The position numbers and the translations under genes are program-made. A stretch of DNA of 63,549 nt, counting the filler, from Octopus bimaculoides (lineage: Eukaryota), in the NCBI RefSeq assembly GCF_001194135.2. It is 7 parts of 6 records of this genome, joined end to end, with 100 filler letters (N's around TTAATTAATTAA, not from the genome) between each part and the next. Parts side by side here need not be neighbours in the genome. Positions count along the whole stretch, not along the records: positions 36,690 to 42,283 come from NC_068989.1; positions 42,384 to 48,349 come from NC_069008.1; positions 48,450 to 55,417 come from NC_068985.1; 4 more parts are not named here. One strand, 5' to 3'. The number at the start of each line of letters is the position of its first letter. Position 1 is the stretch's first letter. The notes beneath the pieces were generated by a model. It was given only the letters and a program-made list of their open reading frames with translations, did not search any database and was not told the origin of the DNA. This document shows, piece by piece, positions 39,353-52,600 of this stretch.

Positions 39353-40042
39353 TACATACATACATACATACATACATACATACATACATACATACATACA
39401 TACACACTTTATTCAGCTTAATAATAATGAAAATCTCCCAAAAATGTCTGGCTTGAGAGTAATACGAAGGAGCATTGCCGGTCCAGGATAAATTCTACTG
39501 GCACAACTGTACCGTCATCCCGACGCAGTTATGTACAGGGAATGACGAAAACGTTCTGCACACTCCCTATCAGTGACCAAACATCATTGACTTATGGAGT
39601 TGTATCAAACTGTTGTTGCCTCATGGATGGCGCATCTGCCTATGAGCTGAATCAATCCTGAAGATCTCAGTTTTTTTTTCTGTAAACGTGAAGGGTTAGG
39701 GTTATGGTTACTGTCTAGTAACACAGGAGAAAGATCCAGCATGACGGACAATATTAAGAGTGCGAAGCAGAACTACCTACTTCCGTCAAGTCCTCATCAA
39801 GTATCATTTGAATAGAAAGGGTGGGGTTGAGAAAAAAGTACTGACCCAAGAAATTTTCTTGAAAATTAGAGGTGAGTGGTGAGAAGGATCTTGGTGATAT
39901 GGCATTTTTCAAAAGAAGCGCTTCGTCCGTGGATAAAATTTGGGGAAAACGGAATAGGCTTTCGCTAAACACAAAATTAATTTAATCGAGTAGTTGCTTT
40001 ATTAGTCCTAAGTGGTGGTCCTCCAGTTTGGACACATGTACA

Positions 40043-40077
<35 letters not shown>

Positions 40078-40098
40078 AAGACAGACAGACAGACAGAC

Positions 40099-40155
<57 letters not shown>

Positions 40156-40410
40156 TCACATCGTTCATTTATCTGTTTTGTGGTATCATGTATTATACTC
40201 CATGTTCTACTTGATTAAGAATCTCACCATTTTCGTAACATGAACTTTCGTAACATGAATCATTGGAGCATCGGGAAAAATAACTTTACGGTATTAAGTT
40301 CAAGCTCTTTACAAACTCTTTTGAACTCCACCGATATCAAATTTGTTTTACCTGTCTAAATCTATGATAAAATCCTGCACCAGTCGACTATCTCCCTTCC
40401 CGAAAGTTTT

Positions 40411-40458
<48 letters not shown>

Positions 40459-40641
40459 TTGTGGTGGACCCTCTCTCAATGTACAACTGTAAGTCGGAGA
40501 GGAGGAATTGGAGAAGGTATTTGCTCTTCGGAGTCGATAAATTAAGTACCAGTCAAATACTGGTGGGGGTATGTAATCGACTATCCCCCTCCCCCAGGAT
40601 TTTTGTCTTTGTGGCAAATTTGAAACTATTATTATCATTAT

Positions 40642-41142
40642 TGAGTGAGAGAGCAGTGCTTGCCATGAAAGTGACACTGGGGTAAAATATACGAAGCCCA
40701 GTATATCTATCATGACTACCCGTCTGATAAGGGTACACCAAGCACATGCATCACAACCACATGTGCGCGACATAGTGATCTCATATCAAGGTAAACAGCG
40801 CATGACCTCGCAGGTGGAGCCCAAAGGTCCCTGAATAAGGGTTGTTTGAGGATGAACAAAACACCCATGATTCCAGAGGTGAATTATCCAAACCCCAAAG
40901 AATTCATCTCAACACATGGCTATGATGCTCCCCCACTACTTCTGCTCATGATCAGAGATGCACATATCGTCAGCCACCAAGGGACATGCTCAACTGGTTA
41001 AGGTCAAACAACTGACAAGTAAATCTGAGCTACTGAGCAGAATATTTGCTGTAGCCCATCTTTTGTACCAAGACAAAACAATGTACATAACACTTCCAAT
41101 TAGTTAAGAACAGAAACCATGAGAGCCACTGCCTGGTACTGC
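40642..41142. repeat. Third copy of the 540-bp element, flanked by (ATT)n
   Basis: Starts tgagtgagagagcagtgc and ends gcctggtactgc; about 40-bp internal deletion near 40822. Confidence 0.85.
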
Positions 41143-41247
<105 letters not shown>

Positions 41248-41515
41248 CATAGACGTCGCACAGTAGACAATATCGTGAGGGTGTTGATTGAAGATATGTC
41301 TACTAGAGCTTTGTACTGTTTGTAAAGTCACAACAGGGACCTCAGACAGACAGTAGTTTACGCAATATGCGTGCAGTTTCACGTAATGCCGACTTTTGCA
41401 ATACATCTAGATTGTAGGATATTTCTAAGGTCTTCAGATGATTTTTTTTTCAGATGACAACAGGGATAACCTTTACGTTTTACTAGCGATCTCATTTCTC
41501 ATTATTATTATTATT

Positions 41516-41730
41516 AAGTCGGCGAGCTGGCAGAATCGTTAGCAGGCCGTGCGAAATGCTTAGCGTTACATCATCTGCCGCAACGTTCTGATTTCAAATT
41601 CCACCGAGGTCGACCTTGCTTTTCATCCTTTCGGGGTCGATAAAATAAGTACCAGTTTAACACTGGGGTCGATGTTATCGACTCACCCCCTACTCCAAAA
41701 CTGCTGCCCTTGTGGCAAAATTTTAAACCA
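41516..41730 (+). mobile_element. SINE family A, full length within (ATT)n
   Basis: Same head and body (ttcggggtcgataaaataagtaccag) as the 5682 copy. Confidence 0.85.
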
Positions 41731-41819
41731 TTATTATTGTTGTTTTTGTTGTTGTTGTTGTTGTTGTTGTTGTTATTATTCTTCTTGTTGTGCTTCTTGC
41801 TATTATTATTATTATTATT

Positions 41820-42125
41820 CGGGCCGTCTAATGTTGGGGAAGTCAGCCAGCAGAAGTACATTAAGGAATTGATCTAAGTTTATGAATATTTCTTTTATCT
41901 TTGTAAGACATTCCTCAAACTTGCCATCGTAGTTTGTGGCATCGGATGGGCGGTATAATGTGCATGATACCACGTCAAGTTGCTTTAGATGTACTATGAG
42001 TGTGTCGCAAATAGGATTCGAATGCGACAGCAGTGTCAATGCTGTAACATCTTCAAGGATGTACATCACACCTCCACTATGACTTCTGACTTTTCTGTCT
42101 GTGCGGAATACAGTATACGTTGGTA
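41820..42125 (-). mobile_element. CR1-like AP-endonuclease fragment
   Basis: YTVFRTDRKVRSHSGGV...CTLYRP...VLLLADF. Confidence 0.75.
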
Positions 42126-42128
42126 GAA

Positions 42129-42168
42129 CCATTGATGATGTCACAGAAGTGTGACGAAAGAACTCTGG
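42129..42168 (+). ncRNA. Minimal hammerhead-like motif (C3U)
   Basis: CCA-TTGATGA-T-GTCACA-GAAG-TGTGAC-GAAA-GAAC-TC-TGG. Confidence 0.55.
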
Positions 42169-42283
42169 CCGAAATACGTTAATGTAAAATAAAGCTGAAG
42201 CAACTTAACACCAAATATATAGTGCGTGTGTTTTTATTGGATAAACTGGCAACATGACCATCCCCAAATACAACAATATATAT

Positions 42284-42383
42284 NNNNNNNNNNNNNNNNN
42301 NNNNNNNNNNNNNNNNNNNNNNNNNNNTTAATTAATTAANNNNNNNNNNNNNNNNNNNNNNNNNNNNNNNNNNNNNNNNNNNN
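42284..42383. other. Artificial scaffold linker
   Basis: 44 N + TTAATTAATTAA + 44 N. Confidence 0.97.
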
Positions 42384-43080
42384 TGTCTTGCACTGTACTT
42401 GGTGACCCTGTCAGGTCAGTGTAGGTGACACATAAAGAGCATCCATCTGTATAAGCCTTCCAAAACTGTTCACACCTGTGCTTGGGCCACGTAAAAAGCA
42501 CTGAGTGGTTGGTGGCTGGTGTTCAGAAGGGCATCCAGCTGTAAAAACCCTGCCGAAACAGTCACAGAAGTCTGGTGCAGGCTTCTGCCTGGCTGGCTCC
42601 TGTCAAGCCGTCCCACCCATGCCAGCATGGAAGGTAGACGTTAAAGGATCATGATGTATGACTTTCTGACGCAGTGGGACTGAACCCAGAACCATGTGGT
42701 TGGTTAGCAAGCTACTTANNNNNNNNNNTTTTTATTTTTTTATTTTGTCTTGCACTGTACTTGGTGACCCTGTCAGGTCAGTGTAGGTGACACATAAAGA
42801 GCATCCATCTGTATAAGCCTTCCAAAACTGTTCACACCTGTGCTTGGGCCACGTAAAAAGCACTGAGTGGTTGGTGGCTGGTGTTCAGAAGGGCATCCAG
42901 CTGTAAAAACCCTGCCGAAACAGTCACAGAAGTCTGGTGCAGGCTTCTGCCTGGCTGGCTCCTGTCAAGCCGTCCCACCCATGCCAGCATGGAAGGTAGA
43001 CGTTAAAGGATCATGATGTATGACTTTCTGACGCAGTGGGACTGAACCCAGAACCATGTGGTTGGTTAGCAAGCTACTTA
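42384..43080. repeat. Identical 335-bp direct duplication across a 10-N gap (probable assembly overlap)
   Basis: 42384-42718 equals 42746-43080; content is an RTE-type tail plus a SINE B head fragment. Confidence 0.85.
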
Positions 43081-43170
43081 CCACACAGCCGCTCCTACGC
43101 TGTGAGCATACTGGCTTACTTCAGTAGGTTCCGTTAAACTTTGAACAAATCACCACAAATGGTTTTAATA

Positions 43171-43380
43171 TTAGGTTGGTGCATAATTATTGCGTTTTTT
43201 TTTTTTCCAATAAATTTTATTCAACAAAAACAATAACAACATTTAACAAAAGCATCTTTAAATGATTATTCCAGAGCATATTCACCATTTACTTCAATTT
43301 CTGCTTGGCATTTTGTTTAAATTTTTTATTGAATAAAATTTATTGAAAAAAAAAGCTGCAATAATTCTGCACCAACCTAA
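43171..43380. mobile_element. Mariner-derived MITE (MADE1/Hsmar1-like TIRs)
   Basis: TTAGGTTGGTGCATAATTATTGC ... GCAATAATTCTGCACCAACCTAA, flanked by TA at 43169-70 and 43381-82. Confidence 0.88.
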
Positions 43381-45813
43381 TACATTTAGAATTTGTGTTG
43401 CCTGATTCTTGATGTGAAACCGTTTGTTGAAACAAATATTGTATTTTTTTTCTTTCTTTTTTTCGCCAAATAAACATATGTACTATATATATTTGATCAT
43501 CACTCATCTATTACTATTTTTATACTAACTCTTGTCCATTGTCCTGAAATCTTTCATCACCCCTCTGTGACCTCATCAGCAACACTTTCCATCTTCATGT
43601 GTGCTTCACTTATTCCTCTTACGGAAAGACTTGGAAGAATTAGATGAAAGTACTCCAGTAATTTTCTTTCATGTAAATAAATGTTTGTTAAGAATTTTGC
43701 CAGCAAAATCTAATAACATGACAATGTTCTAAAAGATGTACACGTTTATGTTATATATATGAAAATAAAGGTATGAAAAAAATTTTACTGTTGGTTTTTC
43801 GAATTTTAAAAAATTTTAATCATATTTTAAAATACGGGACAGTACGAATTTTTGGCTAAAATCCCAACAATAGACTATTAAATGTGTTTATGGGGCAATT
43901 TTTTTTTGAATAACATCAATACGTCAGACTGCCAAACGAATGAGAACGGTAAGAGACGGTCATGTAATGTGCTAAAAATAACAGTTAAATAGGCCTTAAA
44001 TCACGTGCCAATTTTTTTTTTTGCATTATCATATGTGTAAAACACAATTCTGCAAAAATTCTCTGAAAATTCGAAAAAAAAAAAATAATAATAATAAAAA
44101 TTATATAGGGTGCCTAAAGCAGAATTCCGCCAATGATTCTATACGTATCATTACATAAATTGTCATTCCATAAAGAAATAATTAGTCTCTGTGGACCAGT
44201 GTTTTAATAATGTTGATCAACGGAGATAACTGGGTAACAAATTAATTCTAAAAGGATTTGTCATTCATTCTTATGGTCCCGGCGAACAAAATGGAAAAGG
44301 CGTTGCTTCGGATGATATCCTAACAGCGTGATAATTTTGCCGTATTATAGCTGATTTGCAGATTTTTTACATCCCATTAAAAAATGCATATTTTGCGAAT
44401 CAGTTTGACTAGATCCGCATTGTCTTCAGGCTAAGTAACATCGAGACATTGTGTTAAAATTTGATGTCGGCCATTCAATTTCAACTTGAACCTTTAATAT
44501 TTGGACGCTTGTAATGTCCCACATTTTTAAGGGAATAGAACCCCAAAACTTGGTCGGGACTAGGGTAATGATAGGGGTGTCTGAGAAAAATCATAAATTT
44601 TCGAAATTTTTTTTATCATATTCGAGAGCCATGATGGGGGAAAGATTTCCATCAAAAAGGACTTAATCAATCTTATGCGGTCGTCCTAATCCAAAGCTCC
44701 GTCAAGACAGCACTGTAGAATGTCTCACTTGTTTTGTTAAGTCAAAATGATGTAATCTGTTGGAGATTTGGCTGTTATTTCTACAAGATCGAAAGACCAC
44801 GCAGAGGTTCGCTCCTGTGTACGTAATAACTATTGTGCTGTGTGATGCTGGATACCATTCAAAACGTAAATTAATAGAATTGAAGGTTCATTACATTATG
44901 TTGGGGATTTTGAGTATATGTCACCGGTATTGATGACACAAGGGGAAAGAAAATCACTCTCACCGCCTATTGCTCGTCTTCTCAATGAGCTCATCTAATT
45001 ATATTATTTGTAGTAATTATCTCGTGTCAGGGTGAATGTTAATGTTTGTGGATAAGACAGGGCGACGAACAAGTCTGATGGTCGGCGTGACATCACCGTC
45101 TTGATTAAATATTTCATTTCTTCACAGCTTACATCGTTAATTGGTTGTTCCCTATTTTTCAGGACAGGGGAAATGGCTTTTAATCAACAACGAATTTTCA
45201 TCATCCTTCTTCACTTTTCATTTGGACTTTATATCAAACATTCTAGTGGTGAGTAGAAGATATATCTACATTACACATGTATGTAATCTTCCACACATGT
45301 AAACAGAGGTTAATAATATCTAAGACAAGAAACTGAACCATAATAGATTAACACACAGGCATTTGTCAACGTTTTAAGAATTTTTAAAGTATTACCATGG
45401 AGAATGTTGATCACTTGGACACTTGAAACACAGCTGTTTTTAAGAATGGATATGCAATAAGAATGACAGACAGAGCCCCCGCAGGTGGCCGCTGGGGTGG
45501 TTACCCGTACCACCATTAACATGGTGAAGGCCACCTGCCATCAATTGAGTTATTTATACTTCACTAACGAAGTGGATTACAACATGGACTCTTGCTTGAT
45601 GGCAGCATCAGGTATGATGATGAAGAATTATTGATTGTAAATTAGTTGTAACCATAGTGAACAAAGGTTTTCCCGGGGTTACCGATCGGTGGGCGTCGGT
45701 GCCCCTCTCATTTTTCATCTATGTCATCCTCATTTTGTCATTAATATTCCTGTCCAGCCCTAGCTTCTGCTAATCTTTGTAATGCCTAAATGGCAAATTT
45801 CATGAAATAAAGA

Positions 45814-47572
45814 ATGAGAAACGGAGATGAAAAAACTGAAATGAAAAGTGTTGCTGAATATCGCTGTGGGATTTGTAGGAAGACATTCTCTTCAGAAGAT
45901 GAAGTCTTCTCGCACAAAAAAATACACAAGAAGGAAAAACGGTTCCACTGTGAAATATGTGGGAAATCGTTTCACAGAAATTATGATCTTCAGGCTCACA
46001 GACGTAGTCACACTGGGGAAAAACCCTTCCACTGTGAAATTTGTGGGAAATATTTTGCTCAGAGTTCTACTCTCATTGGACACAAACGTCGTCACACTGG
46101 GGAAAAACCATTCCAGTGTGAAATATGTGGGAAGTCTTTTGCGGATACTGCTTATGTTGTAATTCACAAACGTAGTCACACTGGAGAGAAACCGTTCCAA
46201 TGCGAAATGTGTGAGAAATCTTTTGTTTCTAATAGCGTCCTAGCAACACACAGAAGAATACACACGGGGGAAAAACCATTCCATTGTGAAATATGTGGGA
46301 AATCTTTTAATAAGAATGTTTATCTTGTGGTTCACAAACGTAGTCACACAGGAGAAAAACCATTCCAGTGTAAATTGTGTAAGAAATCTTTTGTCACAAA
46401 TAGAGTTTTAAGAACACACGTAAAAATACACAGTGGAGAAAAACCCTTCCACTGTGAAATATGTGGGGAATCATTTGGTTCTAGNNNNNNNNNNNNNNNN
46501 NNNNNNNNNNNNNNNNNNNNNNNNNNNNNNNNNNNNNNNNNNNNNNNNNNNNNNNNNNNNNNNNNNNNNNNNNNNNNNNNNNNNCCATAATAGTAATTTA
46601 AAGGAACATAAAAGAATACATACAGGAGAAAAACGTTTCCATTGTGAAATATGTGGGAAATGTTTTGCCTTAAATAATGATTTAAAGGAACATAAAAGAA
46701 CACATACAGGAGAAAAACCCTTCCACTGTGAAATATGTGGGGAATCATTTCATCGTCGCGGTACATTAACAAGACACAAACTGGTACATACCAGGGAAAA
46801 ACGTTACCCTTGTGAAATATGTGGGAAATGTTTTACCTCTAATAGTATTTTAAAGGGACATAAAAGAATACATACAGGAGAAAAACCCTTCAGCTGTGAA
46901 ATATGTGGGGAATCATTTGGTTCTAGTAGTATATTAAGAACACACAAAACTGTACACAGTGGGGAAAAACGTTTCCCTTGTGAAATATGTGGGAAACGTT
47001 TTAACGCTAATTTTCATTTAAAGGGACATAAAAGAACACATACAGGAGAAAAACCGTTCCGCTGTGGAATATGTGGGAAATGTTTTGCCACTAATTGTAA
47101 TTTAAAGGGACATAAAAGAACACATACAGGAGAAAAACCCTTCCACTGTGAAATATGTGGGAAATGTTTTATCCATAATAGCGTTTTAAAGCAACATGAA
47201 AGAACACATACAGGAGAAAAACCCTTCCACTGTGGAATATGTGGGAAATGTTTTACCCATAATAGTCATTTAAAGACACATAAAAGAATACATACAGGAG
47301 AAAAACCCTTCCACTGTGAAATATGTGGGAAATGTTTTACCTATAATAGTGTTTTAAAGCAACATAAAAGAATACATACAGGAGAAAAACCCTTCCACTG
47401 TGGAATATGTGGGAAATGTTTTGCCCATAATAGTAATTTAAAGGAACATGAAAGAACACATACAGGTGAAAAACGTTTCCATTGTGAAATATGTGGGAAA
47501 TGTTTTACCTCTAATAGTCATTTAAAGGGACATAAAAGAATACACACAGGAGAAAAAACCCTTTCACAGTGA
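45814..47572 (+). CDS. Polydactyl C2H2 zinc-finger protein (18 complete fingers plus 2 partial fingers at a 100-N gap)
   Basis: Repeated CxxC-x12-HxxxH with TGEKPF linkers: 7 full fingers before the gap at 46485-46584 and 11 after. No KRAB/BTB/SCAN domain is visible. The frame across the gap is unknown. Confidence 0.93.
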
Positions 47573-47889
47573 AATACGTGGAAAATCATTCACATCGTGT
47601 GTGAAATAGAAGAAGAGATTCATGAAAGGAAGCTGTGCAGTTGCATGAGGATGAGATTATATTGATTATGTAGGTCGAGGGTAATTAAATTTGGTGCCTA
47701 TTTAGTCAAATGAAAAAGGAGCCCATGGAAACAAGTAGACAAGGATGAAAGTAAATTATAATGCAACATAAGGTAAATTCAGTAAGGCATCAACTTTGTT
47801 CTTTCCTGTGAAAAAAGTAATACTTCATCCTTATAAAAAGCAATGTTTGTTTGTTTGTTTGTAAATTCACTTCTGAAAACACAAAATAA

Positions 47890-48263
47890 AATTGTACACT
47901 GGGGAAAAACACCTCAACTGTGAGTTATGTGGGAAATGTTTTACCTGTAGTTGTGATTTACAGACACATAAAAGAATATATACAGGAGAAAAACCCTTCC
48001 ACTATGAAATATGTGGGAAATGTTTTACCACTAATAGTTATTTAAAGAAACATAAAAGAATACATACAGGAGAGAAACCCTTCCACTGTGAAATGTGTGG
48101 GGAATCATTCTCTGATCAATCTCCTTGTGCACACCACAAAAAGGTACACTCTGAAAAAAAGAATAATTGTGAAATATATGGCAAAGCATTTCTTCTTAAA
48201 GTTGTGGTTGTAGTTCATAAACGAAATCACACTGGCGAAACCATTCCAATGGATTGCACCTAG
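47890..48263 (+). pseudogene. Decayed C2H2 finger array downstream of the ZNF stop
   Basis: About 4 finger units with ligand losses (HKRIY, FHYEIC, CEIYGK), no ATG, separated from the main ORF by about 320 bp of non-finger DNA. Confidence 0.8.
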
Positions 48264-48349
48264 AAAATTACCCTCCCAGGCACAAGTCTGAGCAAGGAGA
48301 CCAGTAGTCACCCATGTTTACTGGTCTCCCCTCACCATGCCACCGGTGT

Positions 48350-48449
48350 NNNNNNNNNNNNNNNNNNNNNNNNNNNNNNNNNNNNNNNNNNNNTTAATTA
48401 ATTAANNNNNNNNNNNNNNNNNNNNNNNNNNNNNNNNNNNNNNNNNNNN
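48350..48449. other. Artificial scaffold linker
   Basis: 44 N + TTAATTAATTAA + 44 N. Confidence 0.97.
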
Positions 48450-49073
48450 AATGACAATTGTATCTTAATCTATGGAGTGGAGGGGTAAAGAGTAACGTAT
48501 CTATAATAACGTTAAATATGGGAAAGGGGGTGGCGGGGGGAATGTAGTTGTCATAAAAAAGGGAAAGGAGAAAGAAAGAGAAAAAAGAAAGAAAGAAATG
48601 GAAAAAAAGAAAGATAGCAAAGGAAGAAAAGAGAGGAGAGAAAGGCTGGGGATAGGAAGGAAGAAGTAGAGAGAGAAAATAAGCAAGAACATATAGTGAA
48701 CGTGCATAAAAATTTAGATTGCGCGTATATGCGTATACAAAAATGTATATAGCATCACGCATATAGATACATATGCTGATATGTACGCAAATTGTTACGA
48801 TCATAACCTTATACGTGCGTATGTACACATACAAGTATATGTGAGTGTGAACCTAATCGCACATACGCACATATAATAATATAGATGCATGTATGTATAA
48901 ATAAACACAAGAATATGCCCTTACCGTGTATACACAAAAAATATACGCACGAAATCACAACAGTATATGCACAAGTGCAAACCCAGGCCCCATATGTAAG
49001 TGTAGGTACATGTATATGAATACGTAAGTGCTGTAACTATACAGACATCTACATAAAAAATCCATTAGATTTC

Positions 49074-49660
49074 AGTGTATATATGCAGCCAACTTCTTAA
49101 ACCGCTGGTTGTATAAAGGTTAAAACCAGGCGAAAATACATGCATAAAAGAATACAAAGCGTTTTTAAAAAAAAAATAGAATAGAATGAAGTAAAAAGTA
49201 AAAAATAAAATAAAATAAAAGTAAAAACAAGGGAGAAGAAAAATTATGTATATAACAGACGAAGGTTTTCTTAAAATGACGTAGGGGTCTTTACAAAATT
49301 CTCACAACGCTAAATAAATCATTTACAATTCAGTACCAATCCAATAGTCAGATTGCACAATGGTTTTAAGGAGTCGATCATAGTCCAAAATTTTACCCAT
49401 ATGGAATATTACATGCAGACATTTAAAATTTGGACGCATGCCTACATGTGTTTAAAAGTTCGCGTCTTTGGTTTAGCGCCTTCTTATCCTGGAACAAGAT
49501 ATTCATTTTTTCCAATGAACAAAGATCACATTTCAATGGTCTCTTATAAGCACCGTGCCTGTAAGGCGATGCTTTGCCTAAAATCCTCCATGTCACGCTG
49601 AAAGGCTGAGCTTCATTCTCCTCAGCGAATGTCTACATATTAGCAGCCCAGTCCTCCATT
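49074..49660 (-). mobile_element. Second copy of the same Penelope-like 3' fragment
   Basis: Closely similar reverse complement of about 30393-30930 (for example gcgtccaaatttaaa, gatcgactcctt, gaagttggctgcatatatacactga). Confidence 0.8.
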
Positions 49661-52600
49661 CAACAGGTGTTGACAACATATAGAGCGCTTACCCAGTGGA
49701 ACGCCAGGCGGTAAGTTATAACGGGAGCGATGTATGCATTCGCCAACTCTACCCGACCTGTCAGCTACAGCTTTCTCTCGGCCCATTGCTGAGTAAGACT
49801 GGCTACCCTCTCGTCACCTCATCCCAGTTCTTTTCCACCTGGAGGTCCGGACCAAACCAGACCTCTATCAATTTAAGCAGTTCCTCTGTCGAGTGTCCCA
49901 CGACGTTATTGGACGGCATGGATCTGTCTTTCCAGGTGCCGAACTGCAAAATCACTGACTTTCCTTGGTTAATTTTTGCTCCTCTCACCACCCCATATAC
50001 TTTTTAGAGTAGAGCCGATCAGGTCTATGTGCCTAGTGTTCGACACTACGACGGTGGCGTCGTCTGCATATGCCGACACGGTTCTTCCATGTCCTAGTTT
50101 GTGCGGGATGCCTCTCAACGCCTCCAGTTTCTGCAGTACTGGCTCTAGAGCCAATACATACAGAAGAGAGAAGAGGAACTCTTGACCGACCGAGCGCATA
50201 ATACTGAATGGCTTCGACAAGTAACCATTCAACAGAAGCACCGAGCAGATATCGCGGTACATTGCAGCAAACCAGTCAACGAAAATGGGACTGAAACCAG
50301 CAGCCCTCAGAACAGCCACCAGGTATTGGACGTAGACTCTTTTGAAGGCTTTTGATTAATCAATATTGATCTGGATCCTACCCATACCATCTTCTCTACT
50401 TACTCTGTCTATGATGTATCGCATGAGGTGGAGGTTGTCGCGAACAGACCTGCTTGGGCTGGCACATGTTTGAACATCAATCAGCGTTTCGATGACAAGC
50501 ACCAATCTTTTTGCTAATACCGTGACCAACATTTTAAAATCTGCGTTCAGCAGAGTTTATGGGCCTAAAATTTTCTATTTGGTTTCCCTTGTTCGGGTCG
50601 TTTCTTAGCAGTGCTACCGCTCCTTGATTTACAGAGCAAGGAATTCTCCTGTTCTGCTGCCAGTTGCGGTAAATATCTACTAACTTGTCCTGGTTTATGA
50701 GTGTTCCTGTGCATTCCTGATATTCTTTCAGTATATCTTTATGTCGATCTTTATGTCCAAAGAGTCTGACAACCCTCAAATTCTCCATCCTTCGCAGCAC
50801 GTGTTCTAAAGCTAAAATATATAAAAGCAGGGAAAGGGGGTATCCTTGGTGTACTGAGCGTTCAGTACTGAAAGGTTCCGAGAGGTGGCCATTCAATTTC
50901 ACAACCGAACAGATGCCACTATATACTGTGGTGATCCATCCCCAGAAGACCTAAACCGACAGCTTTTAGGACAGACACCAGATAGCGATGGTCCATCCTG
51001 ACAAAAGCTTTTGACTAGTCCAAACTGACCAGTGCTCCTCCAAAGCCCGATCTATTCCCGTTCCGTTCTATGATGTATCGCATAAGGTGGAGAGGGAATT
51101 GCACAGATTTGTACATTCCTGACCGACAACAAGCACCAGCCTTTCGGCGAGCACCTTAGCTAAATTCTTCAACTCAGTATTGAGTAGAGTTATGGGCCTG
51201 AAGTTTTCAATCACATCCTCCTTGTTCGGATCCTTTCTCAGCAACGTCACTACTATCCAACTCACACGACTGGGAATGCTTCCCGTCTGTTGCCAGGAGC
51301 AGTAGGCAACTGCTAAAACCGGCGCAAATAAGTCTGACATGTGGGCTTTATAGGGCAGACCATCCAATCTTGGTGATTTGCGCCCCATGCAACAGCCCAG
51401 TACATCTTCGACTTTCTCCACTGAAATCGGCTTTTCGCAGCACTCAGCATCCTTATCCCATAGGCGCGGCATATCCTCGAGGTAAGCCACAAAGCCCGCT
51501 ATGTCAAGAGTACCACTCCTCGAAAAGCGGTCGGCGAAACGCTGCCAAAACACTGCGCTTATCTGTTTGGAATCGGAGTGCACATAGCGACTGCGGTTCG
51601 TCCGTCACAGAGCGAATTCTAGATTTGTTTCCATGCTGTGCCTCCGCTACCTGACCACAACCAACAGTTTTTGTGCCTTCGTGTTTCAAGGCACGCACTC
51701 TAGCTAGGACAATATAGCCTTCATGTTTTACGTCGAAGAAATGATAGAGTGCCATTCTCACCGCTAGCACGTCGTATGCAATCCCACTTTTATGTGCCCT
51801 TTTTAGGTTACTAACTAGTTTATTTTCTAGTCTGTTGTTTTCTAAAGCAATCTCTTTCCTAAAAGTAACTGACACCTTTCTGATTTTCTTTTTTAAGGAG
51901 ACCCACCTCCTGTTACTGAAGAAGGTTCCCGTCAATTCGTGTTTAAGTAGTCTATTAATCCGGCCCCTGAAATCTTTCTGCGCTTGGAAAGATGCGTTCA
52001 TCTTCCAGTAACCAGGTCCTAGTCTGATTGTTTTACCTAAGCTGACTGTAAAGGTCGCGAATTTGTGATTTGAATGTGAGCAACTTATACTATGCCTATC
52101 TGCTAGCCTAATAAAAACCCTATCTAAGTATGACCTGGATGACCCACTGCGATTTGAACAAGTCCACATTGGTGTATTTGGGTGATCGAGACGAAGCCTG
52201 TCATACAGTTGAAAATGCCTGAGGATGATAGCGACGCTTTTGCAACCCACTCTCCTATCTGCTGCTCTTACATAATCTCTACCTGTGTCTAAGATCCCGT
52301 TCTAGTTGCCCACTAACACTAATGAGCGAGATGTCTCTAAGAAAGTCTCGAGATGTCTAAAGAAATCTGCCTGTCCTGCTCTTGTTGGGGCATAAACTGC
52401 CACTAGTCTGAAAGCTCCCCCGTTGCCTTCTTTGTTGCTTACGTTCAACACCACCATCCTACCGGCTAGGTAGAGGAAAACTGTATTCACCTTCAAATCA
52501 GGCCTTTCTGAAAAAGCACCGCGATGCCATTTAGTCCAGGCCGACCAGAAGAGGTATAAACCTCGTAGTCGTTCAGAAGATCGAGCGATTGCGTTTCGGA

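Noticed and set aside
39475-39755. GGGTTAGGGTTA as an interstitial telomere
   Set aside because: Only about two units inside a probable small DNA element.
42384-43080. Tandem duplication as a biological event
   Set aside because: Identical copies at a contig end separated by 10 N; most likely an unmerged overlap.
45848-46772. Alternative-frame and antisense ORFs over the ZNF
   Set aside because: By-products of the 84-bp repeat; no independent coding signal.
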